64,000 nt of DNA from Gammaproteobacteria bacterium (GCA_024279495.1 JAJRRL010000003.1:2323-66322), one strand, 5' to 3'. Positions 29,006-37,390 are shown, counted from the first letter of the stretch. The notes: generated by a model not told the origin, from the sequence alone. Numbers and translations are program-made.

Positions 29006-29491
29006 ATGCCTTCATTTGATGTTGTATCTGCGCCTGACTGGCACGAAATTAGTAATGCGGTGGATCAAGCAAACCGAGAAGTAACGACACGTTTTGATTT
29101 TAAAGGAACTAATTCGTCGTTTGAATTAAAAGAAAAAGAAGTCGCCATGACAACAGAAGCCGACTTTCAGCTTAAGCAGATGCTCGATATGTTTCGCGGT
29201 AAGCTCGTGAAGCGAGGGGTGGATTTGGGTTTTCTAGAAGAAGATGAGCCAACGCTGCATCATAAAAAGGCAACGCAAAATTTGCGCTTTAAAGATGGTT
29301 TATCCACAGAGACCGCAAAAAAGATCACGAAAGGGCTCAAAGCCATGAAGTTTAAAGTCCAAGCGCAAATTCAAGGTGAGCAAGTTCGTGTCACTGGCAA
29401 GAAGCGAGATGACTTGCAGGTGGTGATTACGTACCTTAAAGAGAATGAAGATGAGTACGCGCCCATGGAATACACCAACTTCCGCGATTAA
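29006..29491 (+). CDS. yajQ: YajQ family nucleotide-binding protein (UPF0234)
   Basis: MPSFDVVS...RFDFKG and the two-domain YajQ pattern. 161 aa. Confidence 0.8.
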   Translation: MPSFDVVSAPDWHEISNAVDQANREVTTRFDFKGTNSSFELKEKEVAMTTEADFQLKQMLDMFRGKLVKRGVDLGFLEEDEPTLHHKKATQNLRFKDGLSTETAKKITKGLKAMKFKVQAQIQGEQVRVTGKKRDDLQVVITYLKENEDEYAPMEYTNFRD

Positions 29492-29497
29492 AAACCG

Positions 29498-29536
29498 CAT
29501 CTTTGGGCATCTTCAGTGTCGATCTTGCGCTTCCGG
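29498..29536 (+). repeat. Direct repeat family E copy 1 (39 bp)
   Basis: gcatctttgggcatcttcagtgtcgatcttgcgcttccgg is repeated exactly at 29618-29657. Confidence 0.85.
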
Positions 29537-29617
29537 TACTCATGTACTCTATGTACATTCCGTTCCGTTGCTCAGCTCTCCTTGAATATGCATCAAAGCT
29601 GCGATTTTTAGTGGCTA

Positions 29618-29657
29618 GCATCTTTGGGCATCTTCAGTGTCGATCTTGCGCTTCCGG
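29618..29657 (+). repeat. Direct repeat family E copy 2
   Basis: Identical to 29498-29536. Confidence 0.85.
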
Positions 29658-29678
29658 AAGATTAAATAGCCCCAACCA

Positions 29679-29758
29679 CTTGTCATCCTCAGGAATGAAA
29701 TGACGTCGAGGACCCAGGCTTGATCCGTTGTTACAACGTAACAACTAGGATCTTTCAA
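29679..29758 (+). repeat. MITE-like repeat family B copy 3
   Basis: cttgtcatcctcaggaatgaaatgacgtcgaggacccaggcttgatccgttgttacaacgtaacaactaggatctttcaa. Confidence 0.85.
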
Positions 29759-29760
29759 GA

Positions 29761-29806
29761 TTCAGCCCTAACCCTACCGTGAGCTTAACTCTGCAGACTG
29801 CTTTTA
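29761..29806 (+). repeat. Repeat family C copy 4
   Basis: ttcagccctaaccctaccgtgagcttaactctgcagactgc. Confidence 0.7.
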
Positions 29807-29823
29807 GAAATTAAAGTTTATAT

Positions 29824-29900
29824 AGATCCTTAGTTCATGCTTCGCACGAACTGGATCGAAGCTAGGCCCCCGACGTCACTGCGTTGCCTTTGGGTGACAG
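29824..29900 (-). repeat. MITE-like repeat family A copy 4 (inverted)
   Basis: agatccttagttcatgcttcgcacgaactggatcgaagctaggcccccgacgtcactgcgttgcctttgggtgacag. Confidence 0.8.
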
Positions 29901-29924
29901 AAAAGGGGTCATTTCCCAACGAAG

Positions 29925-29946
29925 TAACAACTAGGATCTTTCAAGA
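29925..29946 (+). repeat. Partial family B 3'-end fragment that overlaps the stop codon of the gene at 29941..30975
   Basis: gtaacaactaggatctttcaagat. Confidence 0.6.
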
Positions 29947-30975
29947 TGTAAGCTTAACGACCTTATGCTCCACACCCTTATCATTTCTTTTTTGAATGCA
30001 GCGGCATAGATAGGCAATGCATTTTTTGAAGAATTCCGTGATACGAAGACAGAGTGCGGTGAAGCTACAGCGGGGGGTGTCGGCAAAAGCAGGGGCGGCA
30101 TTAATTAGAATATTGACCTTAAGTTTGTCTTGCGCAAATTTTTTGCACCAATCAAGGTCAGATTGATCGGGTTCGGTAGCTGATGTATCAGCCTCTTCAT
30201 CTGCTAAAGAGCAAGCTTGAATTCGCTTAATAAAGTATGTGCTAATACTTGGTGTGGAGTCTGTTTGCTCAAGATTTATTATGGCAGCTGCTTTTCTGTG
30301 TATGGCGCTAATACTCAAGCTGCTATCTAAGGCAAGAGTTTCCTTCTTGTTTTTATACATGATTAGCAAGTTCATTTGACCTTTTGCATTTTGATACTCC
30401 AGAGCAAGGCAAGCGTGCTCGTCTTGCCCGAACTGTATGACGTACAGCATAGCCTGCTCATTATGATTGAATCTGAGCATTGAGTTGAGCTTGGCTTTAG
30501 ATTTGTGAGGTAGTGAGCGACGGCTGGATTTGTTTATGTTCGCAGAAAAATCAGGATCCCCATTAAAAGAGATGTGCCGTTTGAACATCTCCTTAGCAAA
30601 CTGCTGGCACCATTGATAATCAGTTTGATTGTCAGAGGTCGGAGGTGTGTCGGCGGTTTTTTGTTTGGATAAAGAGGTGATCAGCGAATGCTGAATGACA
30701 TATGATTGAACTGAGGCCAAACGGTCGGTGGGCCTGAAAGCTAAGATTGCAATGGCTTTGGAGAAGATATCATTGCGATATTGCTTATCATGTAGGGTAA
30801 GCTCGGTGGCAGCTCTATAAATAAAGAGTATGGCGGCCTGTTGTTTGATGGTTTTATGCTCAATAGCAAGGCAGGCTCGCTGGTCTTCTTTGAAATCAAG
30901 CACATGTAGGAGAGCGTTCTCTTGATTGAAAGAGAAGCAGCTATCAAGTTTGCTCGTTATTTCTTGCTTTGCCAT
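29941..30975 (-). CDS. Hypothetical protein (344 aa) built from two tandem ~150-aa repeats, with a Cys-rich C-terminal tail
   Basis: Repeat 1 (..ENALLHVLDFKEDQRACLAIEH..DYQWCQQFAKE) against repeat 2 (..EQAMLYVIQFGQDEHACLALEY..DLDWCKKFAQD). Confidence 0.55.
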   Translation of the reverse strand: MAKQEITSKLDSCFSFNQENALLHVLDFKEDQRACLAIEHKTIKQQAAILFIYRAATELTLHDKQYRNDIFSKAIAILAFRPTDRLASVQSYVIQHSLITSLSKQKTADTPPTSDNQTDYQWCQQFAKEMFKRHISFNGDPDFSANINKSSRRSLPHKSKAKLNSMLRFNHNEQAMLYVIQFGQDEHACLALEYQNAKGQMNLLIMYKNKKETLALDSSLSISAIHRKAAAIINLEQTDSTPSISTYFIKRIQACSLADEEADTSATEPDQSDLDWCKKFAQDKLKVNILINAAPAFADTPRCSFTALCLRITEFFKKCIAYLCRCIQKRNDKGVEHKVVKLTS

Positions 30976-31362
30976 GCTGTCGTTTATTCCTAGGTGGATG
31001 ATAGGTTAAATATTAACCATTTTAGAGGTCGGAGTCAATCGAGAAGAAGCTTTTATGGTGCTAGCATGTCTTAGTGGTTGGGACGATCAATTCTGCTCAT
31101 TCAGCCCAACAAAAAAACAATCAGATTATCTCTCACAAGCCCCAGGCTGATCTCCGATACGGCCTTTTAGAGCTGTCTGATCTGGACTGGCGTTATCACC
31201 TAAAGACTGACGTATTTAAGAACAAAAGTTGATTAAATATAGAGCCGGGAAGAATAGTAGGCAATTTTTGCTTAAAAATCAACGACTAGCGTCACATAAG
31301 TTCCAAAAACAGACCATATTTAAAGCAGTTCTAGCGTTTTTTTTTATCGAAAATGAGGAAAA

Positions 31363-31399
31363 GTGGGTTATCAAGTGGTATAATGTGGGTAGATGTGGA
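31363..31399 (+). promoter_or_regulatory. Candidate mraZ promoter with an MraZ-type operator: four GTGG(G) direct repeats at ~10-bp spacing around a TATAAT box
   Basis: GTGGGttatcaaGTGGtataatGTGGGtagatGTGGA, with TATAAT at 31378-31383. Confidence 0.45.
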
Positions 31400-31408
31400 G
31401 GGATCGAC

Positions 31409-31870
31409 ATGTTTAGAGGACTTACAGCTATCACCGTTGATGCGAAGGGGCGCTTGGCGATCCCAACTCGTTATCGCGCCTCGATTGAGGAAGAAGCGAA
31501 AGGTCGTCTAGTGGCAACAATCAACACCATGGATTCGTGTTTGTTGCTATACACTTTACAGGAGTGGGAAGCCATCGAAGAGAAGCTCTCTCAGTTATCT
31601 AGTTTTCATCCAGCAACGCGCCGTATTCAGCGTCTGCTCATTGGTCATGCAACCGACATGGACATGGATCGCAGTGGTCGAATTTTGTTGCCAGCACTGC
31701 TTCGTGACTATGCTCAGATTGATTCTCAAGTGATGCTTGTAGGACAAGGTAATAAATTTGAATTGTGGGCTGAAGAAAGATGGCGTGAAGCATGCCACGA
31801 ATGGCTCGATGACGATGGCTCTGATGAAGATGGCAACCTCCCGTCAGAATTAGCGGGGCTTTCACTATGA
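31409..31870 (+). CDS. mraZ: Transcriptional regulator MraZ
   Basis: It starts MFRGLTAITVDAKGRLAIPTRYR and has two SpoVT/AbrB-like repeats. RBS GGAG. The ORF-track extension to 31229 is rejected. Confidence 0.9.
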   Translation: MFRGLTAITVDAKGRLAIPTRYRASIEEEAKGRLVATINTMDSCLLLYTLQEWEAIEEKLSQLSSFHPATRRIQRLLIGHATDMDMDRSGRILLPALLRDYAQIDSQVMLVGQGNKFELWAEERWREACHEWLDDDGSDEDGNLPSELAGLSL

Positions 31871-32820
31871 CAGAAAAATATACTCATCAAGCCGTTTTGT
31901 TGCAAGAAGCTATTGATGCTTTAGCTATTCATCCAGCGGGTGTTTATCTCGATGGTACTCTTGGTCGAGGCGGGCATAGCCGTTTAATTTTAGAGCATTT
32001 GGGCCAAGATGGTCGCTTAATTGCTTTTGATCAAGATCCTGTGTTGGCAGATGCTGATCAGCGTCCAGCAGAACTTGCTGAGATGTTTGCTGATCCACGC
32101 TTTGAATTTGTGTCAGCGAATTTTGTCTCTCTCCAAGCGGAGTTAGAAAAGCGAGACTTGCTTGGGCGAATCAATGGCATTTTATTAGACATTGGGGTGT
32201 CATCACCACAGATTGATGATCCCGCACGAGGTTTCAGTTCTGACCATGATGGTCCACTGGACATGCGTATGGATACGCGACAAGGAAGCCCAGCCTCTGA
32301 GTGGCTGGCGTCAGTGGATGAGTCGACCTTAGCGCGAGTGATTAAGCGTTACGGTGAACATCCTAGAGCACGAACGATTGCACAGGCTATTTTGCGTGAG
32401 CAATCGTTTGAGCCTATTACTACCACACGCGAATTGCGTGATGTGATTTTGAAGTCAGTCGGGCCGTCTCCTTCAGGAAAGTCACCTGTTGGTCAGGTCT
32501 TTCAAGCCATTCGGATTGAAATCAACCGAGAGTTGCAGGTGTTGGAAGAGACCTTGCCGCAATGTGCAGCAGCGCTGACAGCTGGTGGTCGTTTGGCTGT
32601 GATTAGTTTTCATTCACTGGAAGACCGAGTCGTCAAAACATTTATCCAACGTGAATCAGCAGGCAACGACTGGGTTCCAGGCATGCCTGTACCAGAATAC
32701 AATCAACCAGCACGTTTTCGTCAGATCACTCGTTTATTACGTCCTAGTGCTGAAGCAATAGAAGCTAATCCGCGCGCTCGTAGTGCTAGGTTGCGTGTGG
32801 CAGAGAGGTTATCGTTATGA
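31867..32820 (+). CDS. rsmH: 16S rRNA (cytosine1402-N4)-methyltransferase
   Basis: HQAVLLQEAIDAL...DGTLGRGGHS...LLDIGVSSPQ. 317 aa. Confidence 0.9.
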   Translation: MTEKYTHQAVLLQEAIDALAIHPAGVYLDGTLGRGGHSRLILEHLGQDGRLIAFDQDPVLADADQRPAELAEMFADPRFEFVSANFVSLQAELEKRDLLGRINGILLDIGVSSPQIDDPARGFSSDHDGPLDMRMDTRQGSPASEWLASVDESTLARVIKRYGEHPRARTIAQAILREQSFEPITTTRELRDVILKSVGPSPSGKSPVGQVFQAIRIEINRELQVLEETLPQCAAALTAGGRLAVISFHSLEDRVVKTFIQRESAGNDWVPGMPVPEYNQPARFRQITRLLRPSAEAIEANPRARSARLRVAERLSL

Positions 32821-33152
32821 ACGCTATCGTACACGCATTTAAATCATCCATGACACAAGTTGCAGGTCGCGTTTGGGTATTGCCTCGTGCTTGGCAATTG
32901 CGCGGGATGATGTGTCTTGTCTCCCTAATCGTTTTATCAGCGCTTGCTTTAGTGTATATCAAAGACACCAATCGTTTGTTGCTTGCTGATACAGAAAGCG
33001 TACGAGTGTCTGTTGAAGCACAACGCTGGCAGCATGATGAACTGTTGGTTCAGCGAGGTCAGCTGCTGAGAGCCGATGTATTGGCGAGTAAAGCAAGAGC
33101 TCTTAACATGGACATGCCAAGTCATATTCAGTTTATTGAGGTGCTTAATTAG
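32817..33152 (+). CDS. ftsL: Cell division protein FtsL
   Basis: A small bitopic protein (one TM, then a coiled coil) in the canonical slot between rsmH and ftsI. Confidence 0.6.
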   Translation: MNAIVHAFKSSMTQVAGRVWVLPRAWQLRGMMCLVSLIVLSALALVYIKDTNRLLLADTESVRVSVEAQRWQHDELLVQRGQLLRADVLASKARALNMDMPSHIQFIEVLN

Positions 33153-33167
33153 CCTCAAAGGATATCA

Positions 33168-34829
33168 ATGATGCCACGATTTTCTCAAAAGGCTCGAACA
33201 CGGTGTATGCATGGTTTGCTGATTGTGTTGTGCTTTTTAATCGTCGCTCGTCTTATCGATTTAATGATTGTTCAACGTGATTTTTTAGTGGCGCAAAGCA
33301 GAGCTCGTATTTTACGTAAGCTTCCCATGTCTGCTAGACGAGGCATTATTTATGATCGGAAACACAAAGCATTAGCTGTGAGTGCTCCTGTGAAAGCAGT
33401 GTGGGTTGATCCTACTGATTTTCCATTAAATAATAAAAATATAGCGAGACTCACGCAACCACTAGGTTTGTCTGAGTCTGCTATCAAAAAACGCATAGTA
33501 AAACACCGTTCTAGTGAGTTTGTTTATATCAAGCGAGGTGTTCTAGCGAAAGAAGCGAAAGCCATTCAAGCCTTGAATTTGCCGGGAGTGTATTTACGAA
33601 CAGAGTATCGTCGGTTTTACCCACAAGGTGAGTTGTTTTCACATTTGGTGGGCGTGACCAATGTGGATGAGCGTGGGCAAGAAGGCATAGAGTTAAGTTA
33701 CGACACATGGTTGCGAGGAATTAGTGGTAAAAAAACGGTGATTCGTGATCGCCTTGGTCGAGTGGTTTCTAACTTACGTGTGAATCGCAAACCCAAACAA
33801 GGTCATGACTTGCAGTTAAGTGTGGATACTAGCATTCAATACGCAGCTGCAGATGCTTTGAAAAAAGCGGTGAAAGAACACGATGCTGTTTCTGGTTCTG
33901 TGGTGGTGATCGACGCACAAAACGGTGACCTATTAGCAATGGTTAATTACCCAAGCTATGATCCAAATCAACGTCGTGGCGTGCCCATGTCGCATCGGCG
34001 TAACCGAGCAGTGACTGATTCTTTTGAGCCGGGCTCTACTATTAAACCATTCACCGTGGTAGGTGCTTTGGAAAGCGGTCGGTACAATAGTAAAAGTGTG
34101 ATTCATACATCGCCTGGCTGGATGCGTGTGGGTCGATTCACTATTCGTGACGAATTAAATTACGGTGATGTGACCTTACGACGCTTGCTTAAAAAATCCA
34201 GCAACATTGGTGCGGCTAAAATCATGTTGTCGTTAGATCCTCAAGCTTATTCTGAACAATTGAGTCAGTTTGGTTTTGGTGTGCGAACGCAAAGTGGCTT
34301 GCAAGGTGAAGTATCGGGTCGACTTATTCCACATACGCATTGGGCATCGAGTGAAGTTGCGACCATGGCTTACGGTTATGGTATGTCTATCACCACCTTG
34401 CAGTTGGCGCATGCGTATTCCATTTTAGCCAGTGGTGGAATGAATTATCCGGTGCGTGTTTTAAAGCAAGACAAGCCGCCAATAGGAGAGCGTGTTATTC
34501 CTGCTCGTATTGCGCATCAAGTGTCAGACATGTTGTTTGCTGTGGTTGAAAAGGGGGGCACAGGAAAACGTGCACGTGTGGCAGGTTATCGTGTGGCTGG
34601 AAAAACAGGTACGGCAAACATTGCCACGCCTTCGGGTTACGATAAAAAACGTGTGATCAGTTCCTTTGTGGGTTACGCGCCAGCTTCGAAGCCACGTTTT
34701 GTGGTGGCAGTTGTGATTCGCGAACCGCACAAAAGCCATTTTGGTGCTTTGGTCGCTGCGCCGGCGTTTGCAAAAATTATGGCGGCGGCTCTTCATTCAT
34801 GGGCTGTATTACCGGACTCTGTAGGCTGA
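33168..34829 (+). CDS. ftsI: Peptidoglycan D,D-transpeptidase FtsI (PBP3)
   Basis: N-terminal TM. SxxK (STIKP), SxN (SSN), KTG(T) (KTGTA). 553 aa. Confidence 0.9.
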   Translation: MMPRFSQKARTRCMHGLLIVLCFLIVARLIDLMIVQRDFLVAQSRARILRKLPMSARRGIIYDRKHKALAVSAPVKAVWVDPTDFPLNNKNIARLTQPLGLSESAIKKRIVKHRSSEFVYIKRGVLAKEAKAIQALNLPGVYLRTEYRRFYPQGELFSHLVGVTNVDERGQEGIELSYDTWLRGISGKKTVIRDRLGRVVSNLRVNRKPKQGHDLQLSVDTSIQYAAADALKKAVKEHDAVSGSVVVIDAQNGDLLAMVNYPSYDPNQRRGVPMSHRRNRAVTDSFEPGSTIKPFTVVGALESGRYNSKSVIHTSPGWMRVGRFTIRDELNYGDVTLRRLLKKSSNIGAAKIMLSLDPQAYSEQLSQFGFGVRTQSGLQGEVSGRLIPHTHWASSEVATMAYGYGMSITTLQLAHAYSILASGGMNYPVRVLKQDKPPIGERVIPARIAHQVSDMLFAVVEKGGTGKRARVAGYRVAGKTGTANIATPSGYDKKRVISSFVGYAPASKPRFVVAVVIREPHKSHFGALVAAPAFAKIMAAALHSWAVLPDSVG

Positions 34830-35022
34830 AACAGTCGCTTTTTCTCTCCTTCTTTGCTTGCACCGTTGAAAAACGGTGTCCAGCCCGGCTCTCCTCGAAA
34901 GAAGAAAGATTACTTTACTTTAGGAATCAATACCATACGATTTTTAATTATTAAGAACAAATAAAGCTTGCGCTTTCATCCAGTGATGCAGTATTATTAT
35001 TGCTCAACTTTAGGGGGGTGTT

Positions 35023-36726
35023 ATGAAAAGTGATTCTGAGAGAAAAAGTAGGCAAGACAATAGTTTAAGTAGCAGCAAGGGGCATTTCCTGCTTGTCTCG
35101 AAATCTGATGTTGATGGTATTGAGGATAAATTGCGTCCCTCTGATGTTCAGGTATATCATCCTGAGACTCATATAGCAGGGTTCTATGTAGAGTCAAAAT
35201 TGCGCCCCTCTGGAATTCCTTCGTTTCAACCGGCTGGATCTAAGACAGCAGGGATCTCGGCAACGGGACTTTTTTCAGGAGAGAACAAAAACACGCCCTT
35301 AAGCTTATTTAAGCCTCACTTGAATACAGGTTTTGTGATGAATCCTTATCGTGTTGAAGCAAGGCAAGGAGATTTTGCGGCTTCTTATTCAGGAGGCCTC
35401 ACTCTTAAAGAGAAGCTTAAAGAAGCTGTGGACGGAGAAAAGCATTGGTATCACTTGGCTGATGGGCAAATTACAATAGATGGAAAAACAAAGTATCCGG
35501 GCAAGCCTGTTTTCTTTCGAGTAATGCAGTATGCAGCTAATCAGATGAGAATCAGAAATGTCGAGAGGCATGATGGTGCTGATAAGCGTATTAAAACAAA
35601 AGTGTTTTATTCCAAGGGAAACATGGCTGCCTTTGGCCGTAGGCTTTGGGAAAGGGTTAATACGAAGAAAGAAAAATACGCAGATGGCAAGTGGGCCATG
35701 GAAAGCAAGCTTAGCTATAATGAAGTGATTTGCTTTAAAAGAGAAGGCGTAGAAAATCCGATTGCAGGTTTGGCGTGGTTTGGCAAGGATCCGGATCAGC
35801 CGAAGGATTCGGAATGGAAGGCACACGTCACTTCTGTGAAGAAGAGATACCTTCAGTTATTAAAAGACTACAAGCATTTGGAGCTGTATTTCTATGAAGT
35901 TAAAGCAAATAAAAACATTGTTAGAGTCATGGAAAATGACCAAGCCATAGCTTTTTTAGGATCTAAAAAAAGCATGGAAAGTGGCTTTAAAAAAGCGACC
36001 CCTTTTACGGGCTTTCCTGAGCAGCCACATTTATTGCCCAAGCATGTTGTTTCCTTAGTGGAATCTGCGGAAGACTACTTACTTGATCCTACAGACCAAG
36101 AACCAGATTTTGTCACGGCATTTCTTAATGCTTACTCTGAGAAATGTGAAGCTTACAATCAATTAACAGCCAAAGAGAGAACCGTTGGTTTTTTAGAGTT
36201 GGTGGATTTGTATTATTCGAATGACAGCAGCGTTGAGGTGGGTTTTCTGGGGGCATGTTTTTCGGTAATACTTCCTAATGAAAGCCAGGAAATGTATAGA
36301 GAGAGAGCCAAGGCTAAGTGCATAGAATCAGCTTCAGCTGAGCCTACGGGTGCTTTGCCTGATTCTGCGGGTGCTTTGCCTGATTCTGCAGTTTCTGATG
36401 CTGCTTTGCCTGCCGGCGGCGTAAAACAAGAAAAGAGCAAACCGGTCACAAGAAAACGAGATAGCATTGCTCTTATCGTTGGAGCTGTTGCAGGGTATGC
36501 TGCTACTTTAGGTGGTGGTGCGGCAGCTGGTCTTGTTCTCTTTAATATGGTGCCTATGATGACTTCTACCGCAGCCTGGGCGTTTGTTGGCTTAGCCGTT
36601 GTGGGTCTTGCGGCAGGTATTATCACCACGATGGCGTTGACAAAGAGAGCAAAATCACAGAGCCTGTTTGGAAGTGGTGAGTCTTCGGCTGGAAGCTCAA
36701 ACGACACTTCTTTCCAAAAACAATAA
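35023..36726 (+). CDS. Hypothetical protein (567 aa) with a C-terminal hydrophobic hairpin (two long TM segments). Candidate membrane-inserted effector.
   Basis: N-terminal KLRPS-containing duplicated segment. GALPDSA x2 encoded by a perfect 21-bp tandem repeat at 36349-36390. C-terminus IALIVGAVAGYAATLGGGAAAGLVLFNMVPMM...AWAFVGLAVVGLAAGIITTMAL. Confidence 0.55.
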   Translation: MKSDSERKSRQDNSLSSSKGHFLLVSKSDVDGIEDKLRPSDVQVYHPETHIAGFYVESKLRPSGIPSFQPAGSKTAGISATGLFSGENKNTPLSLFKPHLNTGFVMNPYRVEARQGDFAASYSGGLTLKEKLKEAVDGEKHWYHLADGQITIDGKTKYPGKPVFFRVMQYAANQMRIRNVERHDGADKRIKTKVFYSKGNMAAFGRRLWERVNTKKEKYADGKWAMESKLSYNEVICFKREGVENPIAGLAWFGKDPDQPKDSEWKAHVTSVKKRYLQLLKDYKHLELYFYEVKANKNIVRVMENDQAIAFLGSKKSMESGFKKATPFTGFPEQPHLLPKHVVSLVESAEDYLLDPTDQEPDFVTAFLNAYSEKCEAYNQLTAKERTVGFLELVDLYYSNDSSVEVGFLGACFSVILPNESQEMYRERAKAKCIESASAEPTGALPDSAGALPDSAVSDAALPAGGVKQEKSKPVTRKRDSIALIVGAVAGYAATLGGGAAAGLVLFNMVPMMTSTAAWAFVGLAVVGLAAGIITTMALTKRAKSQSLFGSGESSAGSSNDTSFQKQ

Positions 36727-36739
36727 AAAGGAGGCTAGG

Positions 36740-37105
36740 ATGGCATTACTTTGGGTGTTTCTAGGTTGTGGTATCGGAGGCATGCTTCGTTATTGGGTCT
36801 CTGTGTTGTTGCGCGCTCAAAGTTTTCCTTATGCAACGCTTATTGTGAATGTCAGCGGCTCTTTTCTCATCGGCTTATTGGCTTCGCTCTTTCTTGCTCG
36901 ATGGAATCACTTAAGCTTTTTAAAGCCTTTATTACTGGTTGGTTTTTTGGGCGGCTACACGACCTTTTCATCGTTTTCACTAGAAACCTGGCGCTTGCTA
37001 GAATCAGGCAATCACTTAGGCGCCATCTGCAACATTGCGCTTAGCCTGATACTTTGCCTGTTTGCCGTCTGGCTAGGCTTGTGCTTGGGTCGTCAGATCG
37101 CGTAA
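36740..37105 (+). CDS. crcB: Fluoride ion channel CrcB/Fluc
   Basis: GIGGMLRY and GFLGGYTTFSSF motifs with 4 TM. A perfect RBS AAAAAGGAGG. 121 aa. Confidence 0.8.
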   Translation: MALLWVFLGCGIGGMLRYWVSVLLRAQSFPYATLIVNVSGSFLIGLLASLFLARWNHLSFLKPLLLVGFLGGYTTFSSFSLETWRLLESGNHLGAICNIALSLILCLFAVWLGLCLGRQIA

Positions 37106-37115
37106 GGCTAAGTCT
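37071..37115 (+). repeat. crcB 3'-end segment, copy 1 of a triplicated ~40-bp direct repeat
   Basis: ggcttgtgcttgggtcgtcagatcgcgtaaggctaag, with related copies at 37391-37434 and 39040-39083. Confidence 0.65.
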
Positions 37116-37164
37116 TTTATATCAGCAATCCCCATTTTTGGCCAAAATAGAAGAGCCCCAGCCT

Positions 37165-37244
37165 CTTGTCATTCCCAGGAACGTAGTGACGTAGGGAACC
37201 CAGGCTTGATCCGTTGTACGAAGGACAACTAGGATCTTTCAAAA
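37165..37244 (+). repeat. MITE-like repeat family B copy 4 (diverged)
   Basis: cttgtcattcccaggaacgtagtgacgtagggaacccaggcttgatccgttgtacgaaggacaactaggatctttcaaaat. Confidence 0.75.
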
Positions 37245-37266
37245 TTTGGCTTCAATCCTATTAGAC

Positions 37267-37312
37267 GAAAACTCTCTTCAAAATGCTCATATACTCGCAT
37301 GTACGCTTCGCT
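37267..37312 (+). repeat. Repeat family D copy 2
   Basis: gaaaactctcttcaaaatgctcatatactcgcatgtacgcttcgc. It is flanked by the inverted repeat gacgaaaa..ttttcgtc. Confidence 0.4.
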
Positions 37313-37390
37313 TTTTCATTGACTTTTCGTCTAACCTTGCCTCAAATCTGGGAATTTGATGTAGACTATAAATTTCGTTTATGCATTTTA

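Noticed and set aside
29498-29657. A CRISPR array (exact 39-bp direct repeats)
   Set aside because: There are only two repeat copies, the spacer is 80 bp, and no cas genes are nearby. I interpret it as an insertion footprint.
36668-36739. An N-terminal extension of the crcB ORF
   Set aside because: A perfect RBS AAAAAGGAGG precedes the ATG at 36740, and the extension overlaps the upstream gene.
36727-36739. A possible fluoride riboswitch upstream of crcB
   Set aside because: Only 13 nt separate crcB from the upstream stop codon, so there is no room for a crcB-motif riboswitch.
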